Translations under genes and position numbers: made by a program
Shown: in pieces, positions 40,703 through 54,029 of the stretch
How the letters are laid out: every line of letters begins with the position of its first letter
How positions within the stretch are numbered: position 1 is the first letter of the stretch
Origin: Rhynchobatus australiae
Taxonomy: Eukaryota
Length of the DNA: 64,000 nt
Direction of reading: 5' to 3'
NCBI GenBank assembly: GCA_034780895.1
Contig: JAUZTB010000017.1
Span: 18,910,102-18,974,101 of the forward strand
Notes under the pieces: generated by a model
Databases searched by the model: none
Seen by the model: the letters and a program-made list of their open reading frames with translations, nothing else
What the model was told of the DNA's origin: nothing

Positions 40703-42849
40703 GCCGTGTTGTTGGATTGAAGTCGTTCAATTCTAAATGCATCTTTTACATTTGCCTTTCCTACGAATTGAAGGCTTTATGAGGAAACAACGGATATAAC
40801 CACGTCACATGTCTACTAGCAGCAATAGTGTACGTTTGGAAAACAAGTGATTCTTTAGCACGCTTATAAAAACACTGCTTGTTTAAAAAACAATCTTCAT
40901 CTAATCAAGTGAAGAACTAGAAAGAGGAGACTCGTTTTTGTTAATGAAATTGTAAGATTACCAGTTCCCCATTCACCACCTTCAAAAAAAAGTCAGGTAG
41001 CAACAGCTTTAATTTTCTTCCATTGTATCAACAATTAAATTCGATCTATTAGATTATAAGCAATGACAATAGTGCTGTTTTGTCTCATCGTAAATCAAAT
41101 TGAATCAATTCATTTCCTTCTCGACTGGGAAATACAACTTTTATTTTCCTTCACTGTCTTACTGGAGGCAAAAGGTGGTCAACTTGGTCATTTGGCAAGA
41201 GGTTGAAAAGTACATAGTTGGAGAAAAAAGTTTATGCAAGGTTTTTCAATGCACACAATTCACAATTGTCACATTTGGCTTTTTCAGTCAAATAGAAGGA
41301 TTGCTATTAGAACAGGGATATAGATATTGGTTCAAATTAAGTGTTCTTCCGCTAAAGAATAACAAGATATGGGGTAATGATTTAGTAAAAGGTCCTTCTT
41401 AGATAGTCTGTTCCTTTTCCTGCATAATCCACCAGCAAGACACATGCTAATACTTAACCACCCTGCCTCAACACAGCACTAGACTATAACCCACTGACAG
41501 CAGGCAGTGTTCAGCAGCTGGCTGAAGATTTGGAGAGATCTGCAAGGCGACTCGCCTTGACAGGCACAACTGGAGGGAGCTGTGGTTGGAGAGTGGACCT
41601 GCAAAGAACCAAGGGCAGCAGTCAACCTTGAGAGTGAGGGGTAACAGTTGAGAGTGGTCTAGACTTATGAGTGATCCTGGAGAAAGTGAAGGGTAAAGGT
41701 GTGAGGCAGCCAGAGCAAGAGTAAAGGACGACTGTTGGGAGCAGCCCAGGTGGTGGAAGCTGGCAGTCAGGGAGGCCGACAGGTAGAGATGAAAAAAAGG
41801 GGTAGTTGTGTAATAGGAAGGGCCTGAGAAATGAATAGAGATATGGGAGCACAAGGGAAAGGGGGGTGTTGACAACAGGATGTTCATCCACCAGTTTGTG
41901 TGTGTGTCAAATTCACGCAGCAGAGTCTGGTCTTGGACATTCTTGCCTTTGGATTAAGACATTGCTCTGTCAAGACTGTGTGGGAGCTGATGAGTAATAG
42001 TCACTCCTATTAAATCAAATCACAGGCATCTTCCATCCTTCAGAAGAAAACTTGAGGTCTGGATCTTCATCAGCAACCCTGAACATCATACACACTCAGA
42101 ACCCAGGAACTCTGACATTCAGAACTGATATTGTCAACCTTGAAAGAGGCACTAGGAGGATACTGGCTGGTATACTTTCTTTTAGAGTGGCAAGCCAAAA
42201 GAACTCTCTTTTCACGGTGTTGATTTGAACATCAATAATGAAGTATTCTGGCATCCAAATGACTGTCCCTGTGGGATAAATAAATGCCCCATGATCTCTT
42301 GGTTTACTTTATCACAGAAGTGGCATGTTACAGTTGTCATTACATTAAGCTCCAACCCCAGAATCAGCATTCAAACTAGAGGAATTCTATTCCAACTTTC
42401 AGCAGTCTTAAAGAGATGTAAGCTTATTCTCTTCAGTAATTTTTGTACCAGATTTAGAAAGGATATGAGCCTCAGAAAAAGTACTTGTTTTTATTCTTTG
42501 GGATCTGGTCTTCACCGTCAAGGCTTCCATTTATTACCCATCTCAAGTTGCCTTTGAGGAGATAGGTGTGAGTGGCCTTCTTGAACTGCTGCAGTCTTTC
42601 TGATGAAGGTACTCGAAATGAGCTGTTGGGTGGGGAGTTCCAGGATTTAGACCCAGTAACAAAGGAGTAAGAAAAGATTAGGGAATTGGGGGTTATGGGG
42701 AACTGGTGCAGAAGAGATGAGTCCTAGCCTGGGGCATGTCAGCCACAATCATACTGAATGGCAGGGCAGGCTTAAGGAGTGAAGTGACCTACTCCTATCT
42801 TCTTGTGCAACTCCGGTAGTGTCCTCCTCCTTCTCCTGCTGAAATGTTT

Positions 42850-43610
42850 AGAACTTGGTGTCATCATAAAAAGTAATAAAAAAAAAGCTCTCCCTCTTCT
42901 TTGGCAAATCCTCCAGCTGGAAGATAACTTAATTTTACTAGAGTTCTGTGTATTTTCAGGTGGCTACTGAGTCTTAAACGGGATCCATAGACTCTGCCAT
43001 AGGTGGAACAGGTGGAGCTTGATGGGTGGGGTGGGGGTGGTTGTTTGACTTGATACACTTCAGCTTTTTGCACTTGACTTCACCTGCTCCTGATGGTGAG
43101 AATACTTTGAGCCTTCCTGGATGTTTTGCATATTTGAACAGCGTTGGACCTAGAGATTCCAATGAGATGATGAGACTCTTTTTTCCAAGACAGTTTTTCC
43201 AAAGAGACTTAAGATATTCTTGAAGTATTTTCTCTGTTCTTCTGAACATTATTTGCCATAATAGATCTCAGAGTCTTTGCTTTGGCTCTGTTGTTAGGCA
43301 ATGTGGATAATCTGGCTAGCCCATTGAAGATAGCTAAGTGTGATCATTGATGGGAATGATGGTCCAGGATTTAACTCCGACAAAGGTTCACCTGGACTAT
43401 CATTGGATTTGGAGGATTTTGTAGAAGCAGGGTTGGTAATCCTTTTCCAGTTCTTAGAGGTGCTAATCGCAAGTTGTCCATGTCACCAATACATACAGGA
43501 GGTTGGGAATCACTGGAGCTTGATGGATCACAAGATTGGTGCTGGGTTAGAGGGTCTTGGTCTGAGAACATTCCTTTCTACTGGTAGCTAACAACTGCTG
43601 GTTTATTGGA
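42850..43610 (-). mobile_element. RTE-like LINE 3' remnant
   Basis: Ends in CSTYGRVYGSRLRLSSHLKIH, a decayed C2H2-like tail of the kind seen at RTE ORF ends. Assignment by recall only. Confidence 0.55.
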
Positions 43611-45499
43611 GACACTGATTGATTTTGTTACCAACAGTTGCCCTTGCTAAGGCATGACTTCCAACATATGGCAATTGATTCATGAATGATAAAATTCTCA
43701 TATGGAACTCTAGGAATGCATCCAAGTCATATTTCTGTGGAAAAAGTAAAGCTCCCTGTTTAAATCAGAATATCAATATTGTCTTTATTTTTGTTCAGTC
43801 AGTAAAAGGTTTATTAGAAAGACATTGAAGAACTGTTTAGCCGGACATCACTTAATGAAGGACGACCTGCAATTCCAACTTTGGACATGAGGGGAGAAAA
43901 GTAACAACTTCCCGATAGTGAGCGATTAGACAGTAAATATTGAAAGGCAATTTTTGGTAATTAATAATAGTTTAATTAATTTGCCAATGATTATTATGTG
44001 AAACATTGCACTAGAAATTAAATAGTTCAGCTTCATTTAAGGTAAAATTTCAGAATGCCAAATGACCAATAAATGCTGGTCTGACTCATACATCCAATTG
44101 GTGAATCAAAATTATTGGGAAAAAAATCAGCTAATATAGAATGCAATATTTTGTTAAAAAATTATGTACTAGTTGTAAAAATACAGGTGTATTAAAAGGG
44201 ATGAAGCCTCAAAAGGCAGAAAGCAAAACAATTTTACATATGGGACATAGACACAAGAACTATTAGTATTTTCTGGTAGCAATTTGGAGAGTATGAAAGA
44301 TTGTCCGGATATATGCAGAAGTAAGTTATCAGAATAAATGAATTAATACATTTTGGAGACATGGAAAACACAGCAATAATTCATATTGTTGAGAATTGAG
44401 AATGGATTGCATGAAAGTCAAGGTGTATATTTTTCATTAGAACACAATTATAAGACAAAAATCTGATCGTTTTGAAATTGTGGAGTGTTTGATGTGCATT
44501 AATAGTGAAAAATTTTTTCAATTGATTGGTGATTGACTCCAGATTTTCACTGGAAGAACAGAAAGAGAAGCTTTAACACAATGATAACAAAATCATCACA
44601 CTGCAGAACTATGGTCAAGTAAAGCAAAAATGATTTTATGATTTCTCCACCAGCCTTGAATTGTTGAAAATTTCTTTTTCCCTTTTCCCCAAGTTTCATG
44701 CATAACAAACATCTTGACTGAAACTGATTTCCTGCTGGGCTGGAAGACCTCCAGAAGTACCCGCTCTGGGAGCAGGACAGAGATCACTGAATGCAGCAGC
44801 TTCCCAGATGATCACAAACTTCAATTTTAATATTAATCACTCAAGTTAAATAAGAATGTGAAAAGTATTCAACTGACTGGAGAATGGAAGAGGAAGAATC
44901 TCAAAGAATGTATGCTGTACATGTAAGATTCAAAATTTAAAGTTTGTGACTTCATTAAGACTAGGGAAAATGTTTTTGTTTCAGTCAAACATATGAACAG
45001 AATTAATTTCAACCCTGTATCCATGCAGCTCTTTTTCCTCAGGTACAAAATGGGTATTGGAACTTTTAATATCCATCTCCAATTACACGGAAGGTGATGA
45101 TGAGCTGAACTCTTGAACTGATTCCATGCTTTTTTTTTACAGATGAAACAGCTAAGTTTATTTACAAGTCAGGAAAGTATACATCTTGAAATGGAACATG
45201 CAGATGTCCTTTTCATTTTAGGTGGTGAAGTCATCAGTAGTCATAGATTTGGGAAGTGTTGCTGAGGCAGCAATAGCAAGTTCTGTAGATGAACACACTG
45301 CAGCCGTGTGTGGCAATAGGGAAGCTAATGCTCAGAATGGTGGGTGGAGTGCTTATTAGGGGCTGTTTATCCTGAAAGATGTTGAACTTCTTAAATCTTA
45401 TCCAAGCTGGACTCCTCCAGGCAAGTGGAGAATATTCCATCTACAAAAGAACAACTGCTTTACTACAAAGTCTCTTCAAGGTACACTCACTTTGTAGTT

Positions 45500-46246
45500 T
45501 TACCTCCTCACTACGATAGGACTTCTGTGAGTCTCTGTTCTCCCTGTGATTTCTGCTCCTGAATAGTATCCTTACCAAGACACATTACCACAGCCACTAT
45601 AATTATGTGCAATCCATTCACTGCTTCTCCCAATGGTTTTCCCTTTGTTTCTTACACTCTGCCTTCACCACTATGTGAGTATCTTTGGTCCCTTCCGCCC
45701 CCCCCCCCCACTTTTCAAATTCAAGCCTGTCCATTCTCCTGCCTTCTGCCATATCCACTGTTGCAACCGATATTTACTCGCATTCCTGTCGGCCACCAAG
45801 GATAACAAAACTCATCCTGCTGTCTGCAGCAGCCATCTTGAGCTTCCAGTTGCATGTTATTTTAACTCTCCTTCCCAGTGACCCATCCATCCTCGACCTT
45901 CTCCTTTGCTACAGAGGCCAAACGCAAAATGAAGAATAACATCTTGTATTCCATTTGAGTAACTTACAACCGAATGGCATAAACATTGAGTTTTTTCCAA
46001 TTCCAGATAACCCATGCTCCAAGTGGTGTTCTTCCCCATACACTGACCTATACACCTAGCTTTCTTTTCTTTGTTCACTTTTCCCTTCTGCTCCACTACT
46101 TGGTTCCATCTGCCCATCATAACTTCCCTATCTGGTTCCACCTATCACCTACCACCCCTGGTCCCATTCGTCACTTGTACTGCAATATATTGGCAATCTT
46201 TCTTCTTGGTCCTGATGCCAGGGTCTCAACCTGAAGTATAAATATA
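45500..46246 (+). mobile_element. Decayed Penelope-like fragment whose tail continues at 47002-47060 after the Tc1 insertion
   Basis: Same internal motifs (GAGCTTCCAGTTGC..ATTTTAACTC), HHR-like CCTGATGCCAGGGTCTCAACCTGAA at 46211, and GATGCTGC tail at 47017. Confidence 0.55.
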
Positions 46247-46248
46247 TA

Positions 46249-46999
46249 CAGTGGCATGCAAAAGTTTGGACACCCCTGGTCAAAATTTCTGTTAGTGTGA
46301 ATAGTTAAGTGAGTAAAAGATGAACTGATCTGCAAAAGGCATAAAGTTAAAGATGAAACATTCAACATTTTAAGCAAGATTAGTATTATTTTTGTTTTGT
46401 ACAATTTTTGAGGGAAAAAAGGAAAGGAGCACCATGCACATGTTNNNNNNNNNNNNNNNNNNNNNNNNNNNNNNNNNNNNNNNNNNNNNNNNNNNNNNNN
46501 NNNNNNNNNNNNNNNNNNNNNNNNNNNNNNNNNNNNNNNNNNNNGAAGGTTTTGCCATGGCCCTCAGTCCCCCGACCTAAACATCATCGAAAATCTGTGG
46601 ATAGACCTCAAAAAAGCAGTGCATGCAAGATGGCCCAAGAACCTCACAGAACTAGAAGCCTTTTGCAAGGAAGAATGAGCGAAAATTCCCCAAACAAGAA
46701 TTGAAAGACTCTTAGCTGGCTACAGAAAGCATTTACAAGCTGTGATGCTTGTTAAAGGGGGTGTTACTCAGTACTGACCATGCAGGGTGCCCAAACTTTT
46801 GCTTCATGCCCTTTTCCTTTTTTTGTTATTTTGAAACAGTAAAAGATGTAAATAAAAAAAGTAATCTTGCTTAAAATATTAAAGAAATGTGTCATCTTTA
46901 CCTTTATGCCTTTTGGAAATCAGGTCATCTTTTACTTGCTTAGCTTTTCACAGTAACAGAAATTTTGACCAGGGGTGCCCAAACTTTTGCATGCCACTG
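46249..46999 (+). mobile_element. Tc1-like (IR/DR) DNA transposon, defective; interior interrupted by an N gap
   Basis: TA on both flanks (46247-48, 47000-01). Long TIRs begin CAGTGGCATGCAAAAGTTTGG(A/G)CACCCCTGGTCAAAATTTCTGTTA with 1 mismatch in the first 46 nt. Internal direct-repeat copy near 46783-46803. Confidence 0.95.
46545..46777 (+). pseudogene. Tc1 transposase C-terminal remnant ([14 protein letters not shown]...KGGVTQY*)
   Basis: SPDLNxIE motif carrying the catalytic E. A frameshift follows WP and there is an in-frame TGA in KEE*AKI. Confidence 0.9.
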
Positions 47000-49137
47000 T
47001 ACCTTTAGCCTCCAGAGATGCTGCTTGGTCCACTGAATTATTGCATTCTATTTTCTGTGTCTCAATGTTAGAAAGTCTTTGCGGAATCAGACGGCAAAAT
47101 TTTCATTGCAGAATACACAGCTTCTGACCAGGTCTAGTAAGTTTCTGGTCAATGGTGGCTCCAAGTGTATGATATGGGATTCACCAGTCATAATGGTGAT
47201 GACTAGCAATAGATTCTTTCATGACAAATCAGTATTGATAATTTTGAACCATTTATTTCTGAAAAAAAGTAACTACTGACCAAAAACAAGTTATGAAAAC
47301 GAGTAAAAAAATTTACAAAGACATTAGCATTTATTACATTGTATAAACTTCAAAAGCCACATATACAAAATAAATCTTCATTTCTGCAAAAATCCCATCT
47401 TCCATTAGCTGCGGGGTATAAGGCACCTGCAAAAGTTAGGAGTATTTTTTTAAAGAAACACAAATGCATCTTTAAAGGCTGAGCAATATTAGAAAGCCTT
47501 GCTATCAAAATGGTTTTTGAAAATTTGTTCTGGAGACTGGAAGCTTGCAGGACATTTGATAAATGCAAACTAGGAATGGAGACACAAACTAGGTATATAT
47601 ATTTTTTTAAATTGAGCACAAAAGACTTTGGCATACAGATACACTTGTTCAAGAACAATAATTGCATCAACTCCCTATACAAGGCTTCCCCTTCTGGCAA
47701 TATTTTCCACCATTTCGTACTCTGACAGTTTTGATGATAATGTGGCTTCTGATATCAAAACACAGTTTTGGCTATTTCCCTAATCCTTTGGCACTTTGCC
47801 CTCCTTGGACCTGTTTATTTCAGCCCCTCATCTCAAAATTTTCATTCTCTTTTACCTAACCACGTACTGTGAAAATGTTCTTGATGAGATATCTTCACTG
47901 TTTTCTTCCCTCAGCTTCTGTACCAAGTGACTACTCATGCTCAAGTGATTTCAACCATGCTCTTCCCAGAGTCCACTGCCTTCCTATCTTCCCTGAACCT
48001 TACTATTTCCCCCACTTGTTTTCATTGCTACTCCATTGGCATAGTCACCTCATGTGATCTTGCTACTCCCACCAAATTTAGTGTTCATTCTTTTCCAGCT
48101 GCAACCCCCCACACCCCTTGCTTTTACTTTTTTTTGTCTAAAATAAAGTCTCCGAATTTACTTGCAAAATAATCTCAGCATCCATTTACAAATGGCTGGT
48201 CTACTCAACCATCCTCCCATGCACACCTTTGACACTCCAGTCCCAAATTAAAATCACTTCTGACTCTGGACATTCACTCTGCTATGGCAGTCACTTCCAC
48301 TTCCTGAGGTTTCAGAAATACAGATGAATGGTGACGGAGGAATAACTGATTTAGTTTTCACCAGCAGATCTGACTAGACTACCAAGCACCAGCAGGCCCT
48401 GTTAGTGTCTACAGCAACTGTTCACTATTCCAAGATCATTCAAGAATGCAAGGATAACTGCATGCTCCTTTGCTGCAAAATCTTTTTTAATTGTTCATTT
48501 TTCTTGACACCATTTTCTGCAACAACCAAAGAGATAGGAGCCACCTTTACCTCAACACCATCTCTCCCAACCCTCCACTCTCCAAATCATCAGTTTTCAA
48601 ACATCCACTTCCGGGTGAGTGGAAATTTTCTCTAATGAAATATTTGGAAGTCCAAAGCCAGTGTCTTTGTCCCTGCAACAAACTACATTTCCCAGCCACT
48701 CACTTCATTGTCTAGGAGGAAGCCAAGGCAATTGTCCAAGGCTGAACAAGATTGCTTGCAACATTGTCATCTTATGGGACCACACATCTGCTCATACAAA
48801 CCATTTATTCCCACTGCTGTAACATTACCCAGCTGTCCCTGGGTAATTTATTTGCAGCCTAAACCTTCGGTGTCATGTCCATATCCAGATCTGACTATTC
48901 TAACAAACTCCTGGCCAGCCTCCCTTGTTCTTCATTCCGTAAACTTTGCAGTCAACCAAAATTGCTCTCCATGTCCCCTCCTCACACCAAATCCCTTCCA
49001 ACAATTTCTCAATTATATTGGCTCTTGGTTAAATATCTACCTCAGTTCCTTCCTCCCCCAGAAAAGTTTTCTGCTACTTCCCTCCCTAACTGTCTTCAGT
49101 TTTATAATTCTGAAGACATCTTCTTTCCTCCATTTAC

Positions 49138-49345
49138 ATCGAACAGTACAGCACAGGAACAGGCCCTTTGGCCCACCATGTCTGTGCCAATCATGATGCC
49201 AAATTAAACTAATCCCTCTGCCTGCACATAGTCCATATCCCTGTCTGTTCATATCACTGTCCAAATACCTCAAAAGTTGCTATTGTATTTTCGTCAACTA
49301 CCTCCCCTGGCTGCGCACTCCAAGCACCTACCACTTTCTGTGTAA
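49138..49345 (-). mobile_element. CR1-family 3' tail fragment
   Basis: ACAGCACAGGAACAGGCCCTTTGGCCCACC shared with 32573. Confidence 0.75.
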
Positions 49346-49786
49346 TTCTGGACAATTCTTGAACAATCCCCATGTTTAATCATTACCCCCACTGGCAACT
49401 GAGACTTCAAGATGGTCAGGCCTTAAACTCTGAAATGCCCTCCCTAAATCACCTTGCTAGCTCTTGACTTTCAACTAAGCTTTTGATTATCTGCATTAAT
49501 ATCTCCTTGAACAGTCTTAAACATTCTTAATGATTGAGATTGAGGTTGTGTTTTTGTAAAAAATTTGATAAAATGAGAATTGTATGGTATAATCTTTTGT
49601 GTACTGCAAAATAGTACGTTCATTGTTCAGCCCTCTGCTCAAATATTGTCAGGTTTCAGTCCACAGTATAGAGGAATTTATCCATGCAATCTAACATGAT
49701 AAATTTTAGCTAGTAACCTGAAGTACACAGTTCAAAAAGGTGTGAAGATTTCAAAAGGCTACATACATCAAGTATATCAAATATCA

Positions 49787-49849
49787 TCAATCTCCTTGGG
49801 TAGATGGTGGTATCATGGCATCTGCTATTTCAAACGTATCAATTATTTC
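49787..49849 (-). CDS. NSMCE4A: NSMCE4A last coding exon (EIIDTFEIADAMIPPSTQGD*)
   Basis: tttgcag| acceptor, EI..TFEI motif, TGA at 49789-49787. Confidence 0.9.
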   Translation of the reverse strand, partial: EIIDTFEIADAMIPPSTQGD

Positions 49850-50933
49850 CTGCAAAGCAAAAAAAAGTATACTTGTTAAGATACAATTTAGTTGAGATTC
49901 TTTACTCAATGACCATGATTAATGTTATAAAACTAATATTGGTAGTGCATATTAATCCAACCTTTGGTGGAATCAGCACCTAAACCAAATTATGAAAATT
50001 ACCAGCTTATAGATTCATTATCTGGACATAAAATAATTTATGGTTACCAGGCCAAGAGTCTTCTGTAATGGTTAATAATTACTGCAATTACTGAAACTAT
50101 ATTTTCTCAANNNNNNNNNNNNNNNNNNNNNNNNNNNNNNNNNNNNNNNNNNNNNNNNNNNNNNNNNNNNNNNNNNNNNNNNNNNNNNNNNNNNNNNNNN
50201 NNNNNNNNNNTACTGTGACAGTAGTGGAGTTTGAATTCAACTGATTAAATAAATCTGAAATATAAAGCCATTATCAGTCAAGTTAATCACAACACCACCA
50301 CCTGATAGGTTTTAGTGATCAACTCATTCATGAATATCAATGATGCATTTCATAGATAAGACCTCCTGGCCTAACTGTTTCCAAATCTTTTGTAACAAAT
50401 TAGTTTACTCCAAACTTAGATCCTTCATTTAAGATTTTCTAATTTAAGTGCTTCCAGTTTCTTTGGAGAATGGGTTTTCTCAAATGTTATTTTTCACTTG
50501 CCAGACTTAAGCATAACACTGGAGTTCCTGAAGTTAGAAATAGCACTTTACAAACTCAAAGTTGGAGCTGGTAGAAGAATCAATTACAGGTCATTCCCAG
50601 ATTACGGCAGGGCTACGTTCACATGAACTGTTTGTACACTGAATGGTTCGCAAGTCAAAAATGCAGCAGTGAACCAAGTTCCCAGGCAGAAGATGCCCGC
50701 AGCCCCACAGCAGCTGGCAAATCCATACCACTGACATTTGTTCGACTGCATGGGCTATATCCAAGTCAGGCTTTCATAAGCTGGAGAGGACCTGTATGAT
50801 AATTAAGCATATTATCGATCAATTTACAGACTTTTTAAAAATAATACATGGGCTGCTTTGAAAAACAATACAAAGCTAGTAAAACACAAGATAATTTTTA
50901 AATCTTGAATTTCATGAAGATGACTATACCTAC

Positions 50934-51019
50934 CTTCCATTCTTGTTGGCTCAAAGAAATAACTGTCTGTTGTCTTTGTTGCTGTGGCCTGTCATTACCC
51001 ACACCTTCATTTACTGGCT
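50934..51019 (-). CDS. NSMCE4A: NSMCE4A exon 9 (EPVNEGVGNDRPQQQRQQTVISLSQQEWK)
   Basis: tttaag| acceptor after an 88-nt intron, AAG|gtaggt donor, 86 nt. Confidence 0.92.
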
Positions 51020-51107
51020 CTTAAAAACAAGAAGAAAAAAAATAATTTCCTTGGGAATATACTAAAGCATTTTTTTAAAAAAACGTTAACAGAAAATAGC
51101 AACTTAC

Positions 51108-51156
51108 CAATAATTGGTAGTTTGTCCTGATCAAGCCCAATGGCAGCAAAACCATC
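51108..51156 (-). CDS. NSMCE4A: NSMCE4A exon 8 (DGFAAIGLDQDKLPII)
   Basis: tttaag| acceptor, G|gtaagt donor, 49 nt. Confidence 0.93.
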
Positions 51157-52004
51157 CTTAAAAGAAAATAATTTTAAGTGGTAGTTAATGATTTAGTCAG
51201 ATCCAATTTCAATCATGAAGGTGACACAACTTTTGGAACAGAGTACTTCAAAAAAAAGCAACTCTAGTAAGCATTCAGATCAGATTTAATAGCTGTATAA
51301 AGACCCTTGAACTACAGATGAGAGGGGCTGAAAATGAGAGAGACTGAAAATATTTGAAAAGTCCTGCAAAACAGCAGGCAGAAATGTGGCCATCTGTCCC
51401 AGGTAGACTCATTACCTGTCTCAGAGAGAAAATCTTGACTTTGCTATAATGAAGGAATGTACATTATTTTTTTTCTGCAGGGAGGGCCAGATTTAAAATC
51501 CCAACTACTTCCATGGACCACTGACAGGAAACTTGTGAACATAATAGAAGTAGGCTCTTTGGCCCCTCCTGGCTACTCCAACATTCAGCACAATATCATT
51601 GCCACTTTCCTGCACTTGCCTTATAATCCTTTAACTCCCTTAAGATCCAAAAGTGTATCATTGGTCTTGAATATATTCTGCAACTAACTTTCACAGCACT
51701 ATTTAGTAGAGAATACCAAAGATTCTCTCCCCTCTGGTGAGGCTCCAGACACTCTAATCAGGGGAAGCATCAACTCTGCACCTAGCCTAATAACAGTTTA
51801 TGTTTTAATGAGACTACCTCTTACTCTAAATTCAAGAGCCTGTCTGCTTATTCTCCTCTCAGCCAACAAACACATCACCCCAGGAACATTCAGAAAATTA
51901 TATAAAAGCTGTGTTTTTCTTTACAACTTTGTTCCTATAATGGTAGACTGTGAAGTTGGAAAAGTCATTTGTAAGACTGGAATTCAGAAATCTATCTTCC
52001 ATAG

Positions 52005-52625
52005 AATCTAGAGTCAGAGTTACACAGGCCAACTCATCCATACCAACTAAGGTGCCTTTCTGAGCTAGTCCCATTTGCCTGCATTTGGCCCATATCCCTC
52101 AAAACCTTTCCTATCAATGCACCTGTCCAAATATCTTTTAAACATAATTGTATTTGCCTCTACTACTTCCTCTGGCAGCTCATTCCATATAGCCACCACC
52201 CTCTGTGGAAAAATGCACCCCTCAAGTCCCCTTTAAATCTTTCCCCCTCACCTTAAACCTCTATGGCCTCTAGTTTTAGACTTTTCTGACTTGGGGAAAA
52301 AAGCTGCGACCTTCTCTGCCTCTCATGATTTTATAAACCTTTACAAGATCACCCTTCAGCTTCCTTCACTCCAGGGAACACAGTCCCAGTCTAACCATCT
52401 CTCCTTACAACTCAAGCCCTCTAGTCCTGGCAACATTATGTGAATCTTTTCTGTATCCTTTGTAGCTTAATCACAATCATTCCTTTACTATGGTGACCAG
52501 AACTACATACAATATTCCAGGTGCTGTCTCATCCACTTCTTGTACAGTTCAAAAATGATGTCCCATCTCTTTTACTCGATGCCCTGGCCAATGAAGGCAA
52601 GCAAGCCACCTTGTCTACCTGTGTC
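52005..52625 (-). mobile_element. CR1-family LINE 3' portion
   Basis: CCATTTGCCTGCATTTGGCCCATATCCCTC shared with 25685. Same 3' architecture. Confidence 0.85.
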
Positions 52626-53155
52626 GCCCCCACCATTAGACAAGAATGGAAGAGAAAGGATACATGTACCTCATCCAAAAACATGTGGTAAGTATTGATT
52701 GTCCTATTTGGAAGTAATATTGACTGCAGGCCAATTGCAGGATTTAAGAGCACAGCATTCAAAGACATCTTATTTTTAATGAAGACCACACAGTCTGGAC
52801 AGTCCCCAGAGTTAACTAATCCTGACTAGGAAAGCAGTAATGATACAACTGGCTTCAACACTAGAATTAGAGAAGGGATTCCTATCTGAAGCAAAATCAT
52901 AATCAGCTGAAAATGCCAGTGCAAGTTTATCATGTTTAGCTAGATCCAGCAGTGACAGCCCACAAATGAATAGTTTACTAACACTTCCATGATGTACTAC
53001 AAGATGACCACACTCATGGGACTGAAACAATGAAAAGTTTGTACATCCGGAGATCGAAGATAAAAACATGACATCCCTCTTGCATACGTCTTTGTAGAAA
53101 AGCATTTTATTGCCAACAGCTGCCCTCCAAGCCAATTACTTAATGTAACACTTAC

Positions 53156-53192
53156 TCTGACAATGAAGGAGACATGGAATATATTCTCCACA
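53156..53192 (-). CDS. NSMCE4A: NSMCE4A exon 7, visible 3' part (VENIFHVSFIVR); 5' part in N gap 53193-53284
   Basis: Hallmark Nse4_C motif ENIFHVSF followed by |gtaagt donor. Confidence 0.9.
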
Positions 53193-53938
53193 NNNNNNNN
53201 NNNNNNNNNNNNNNNNNNNNNNNNNNNNNNNNNNNNNNNNNNNNNNNNNNNNNNNNNNNNNNNNNNNNNNNNNNNNNNNNNNNNTTATGACAAATACAAA
53301 TCTTACAAGTAAATAAACATTGGTCTTCGAAAATTTTCTGCTTTTCTTTAGAATAATGACATGGGATCTGTTATGGTTACTAGAGAAAGTAGACAGTACC
53401 TCAGTTTAACATTTCAGATAAAAAAGGGACCTCCATTACCATACAGTTTCCTCTGTATCACACTGCAGTGTCAGCCTGAATTTCTGCACTCAAATATTAA
53501 AATTTTGACTCAAAAGCTGATAATGCTTGTAACTAAGCCATGCTGATAACTTAGAAATAATGATGTTCTAGAAACATATGATGTACTAGTATGAAGTCAG
53601 AATGTGTTTAAATACTTGAGAAAGGCATAATGATGATGATGGCTGTAGCAATAGGTTTCCATTAATAAAATAGGTAAGACAAGGTATTTCTTAGAGTCCT
53701 GGATAATTCAGTGGTTTGTTGCAGTGTTGGTCCACGATTATTCTTTTGGCGGTGGTATAATGGTGAAACAGATCTGTGCAATATCAGCAATAAATTTATT
53801 TTAATAGCTGACAGATCACTGAACAATTTGAAATTCTGCCTTAAATAATAAGGACAGATTATTTCAGTACACCGAGTTTTCACTTTGAAAGAACAGTTTT
53901 ATCGGTGTAAGTTAGCATGCTGCATGTACCATACTCAC

Positions 53939-54029
53939 GGTCAGATTTGAAGTACTCTTGCAATAGTCCTAATATCCTCTCCACTTCCTTTTCAGTTGCT
54001 TCTTGGTGAGATTCATCCATTTTCTTCAA
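53939..54029 (-). CDS. NSMCE4A: NSMCE4A exon 6 (LKKMDESHQEATEKEVERILGLLQEYFKSD)
   Basis: ataaag| acceptor, |gtgagt donor, 91 nt. Confidence 0.95.

Noticed and set aside
50775-50800. Possible alternative NSMCE4A terminal exon (acag|GTCCTCTCCAGCTTATGA, VLSSL*)
   Set aside because: No polypyrimidine tract, and the conserved terminal exon is present at 49787-49849.
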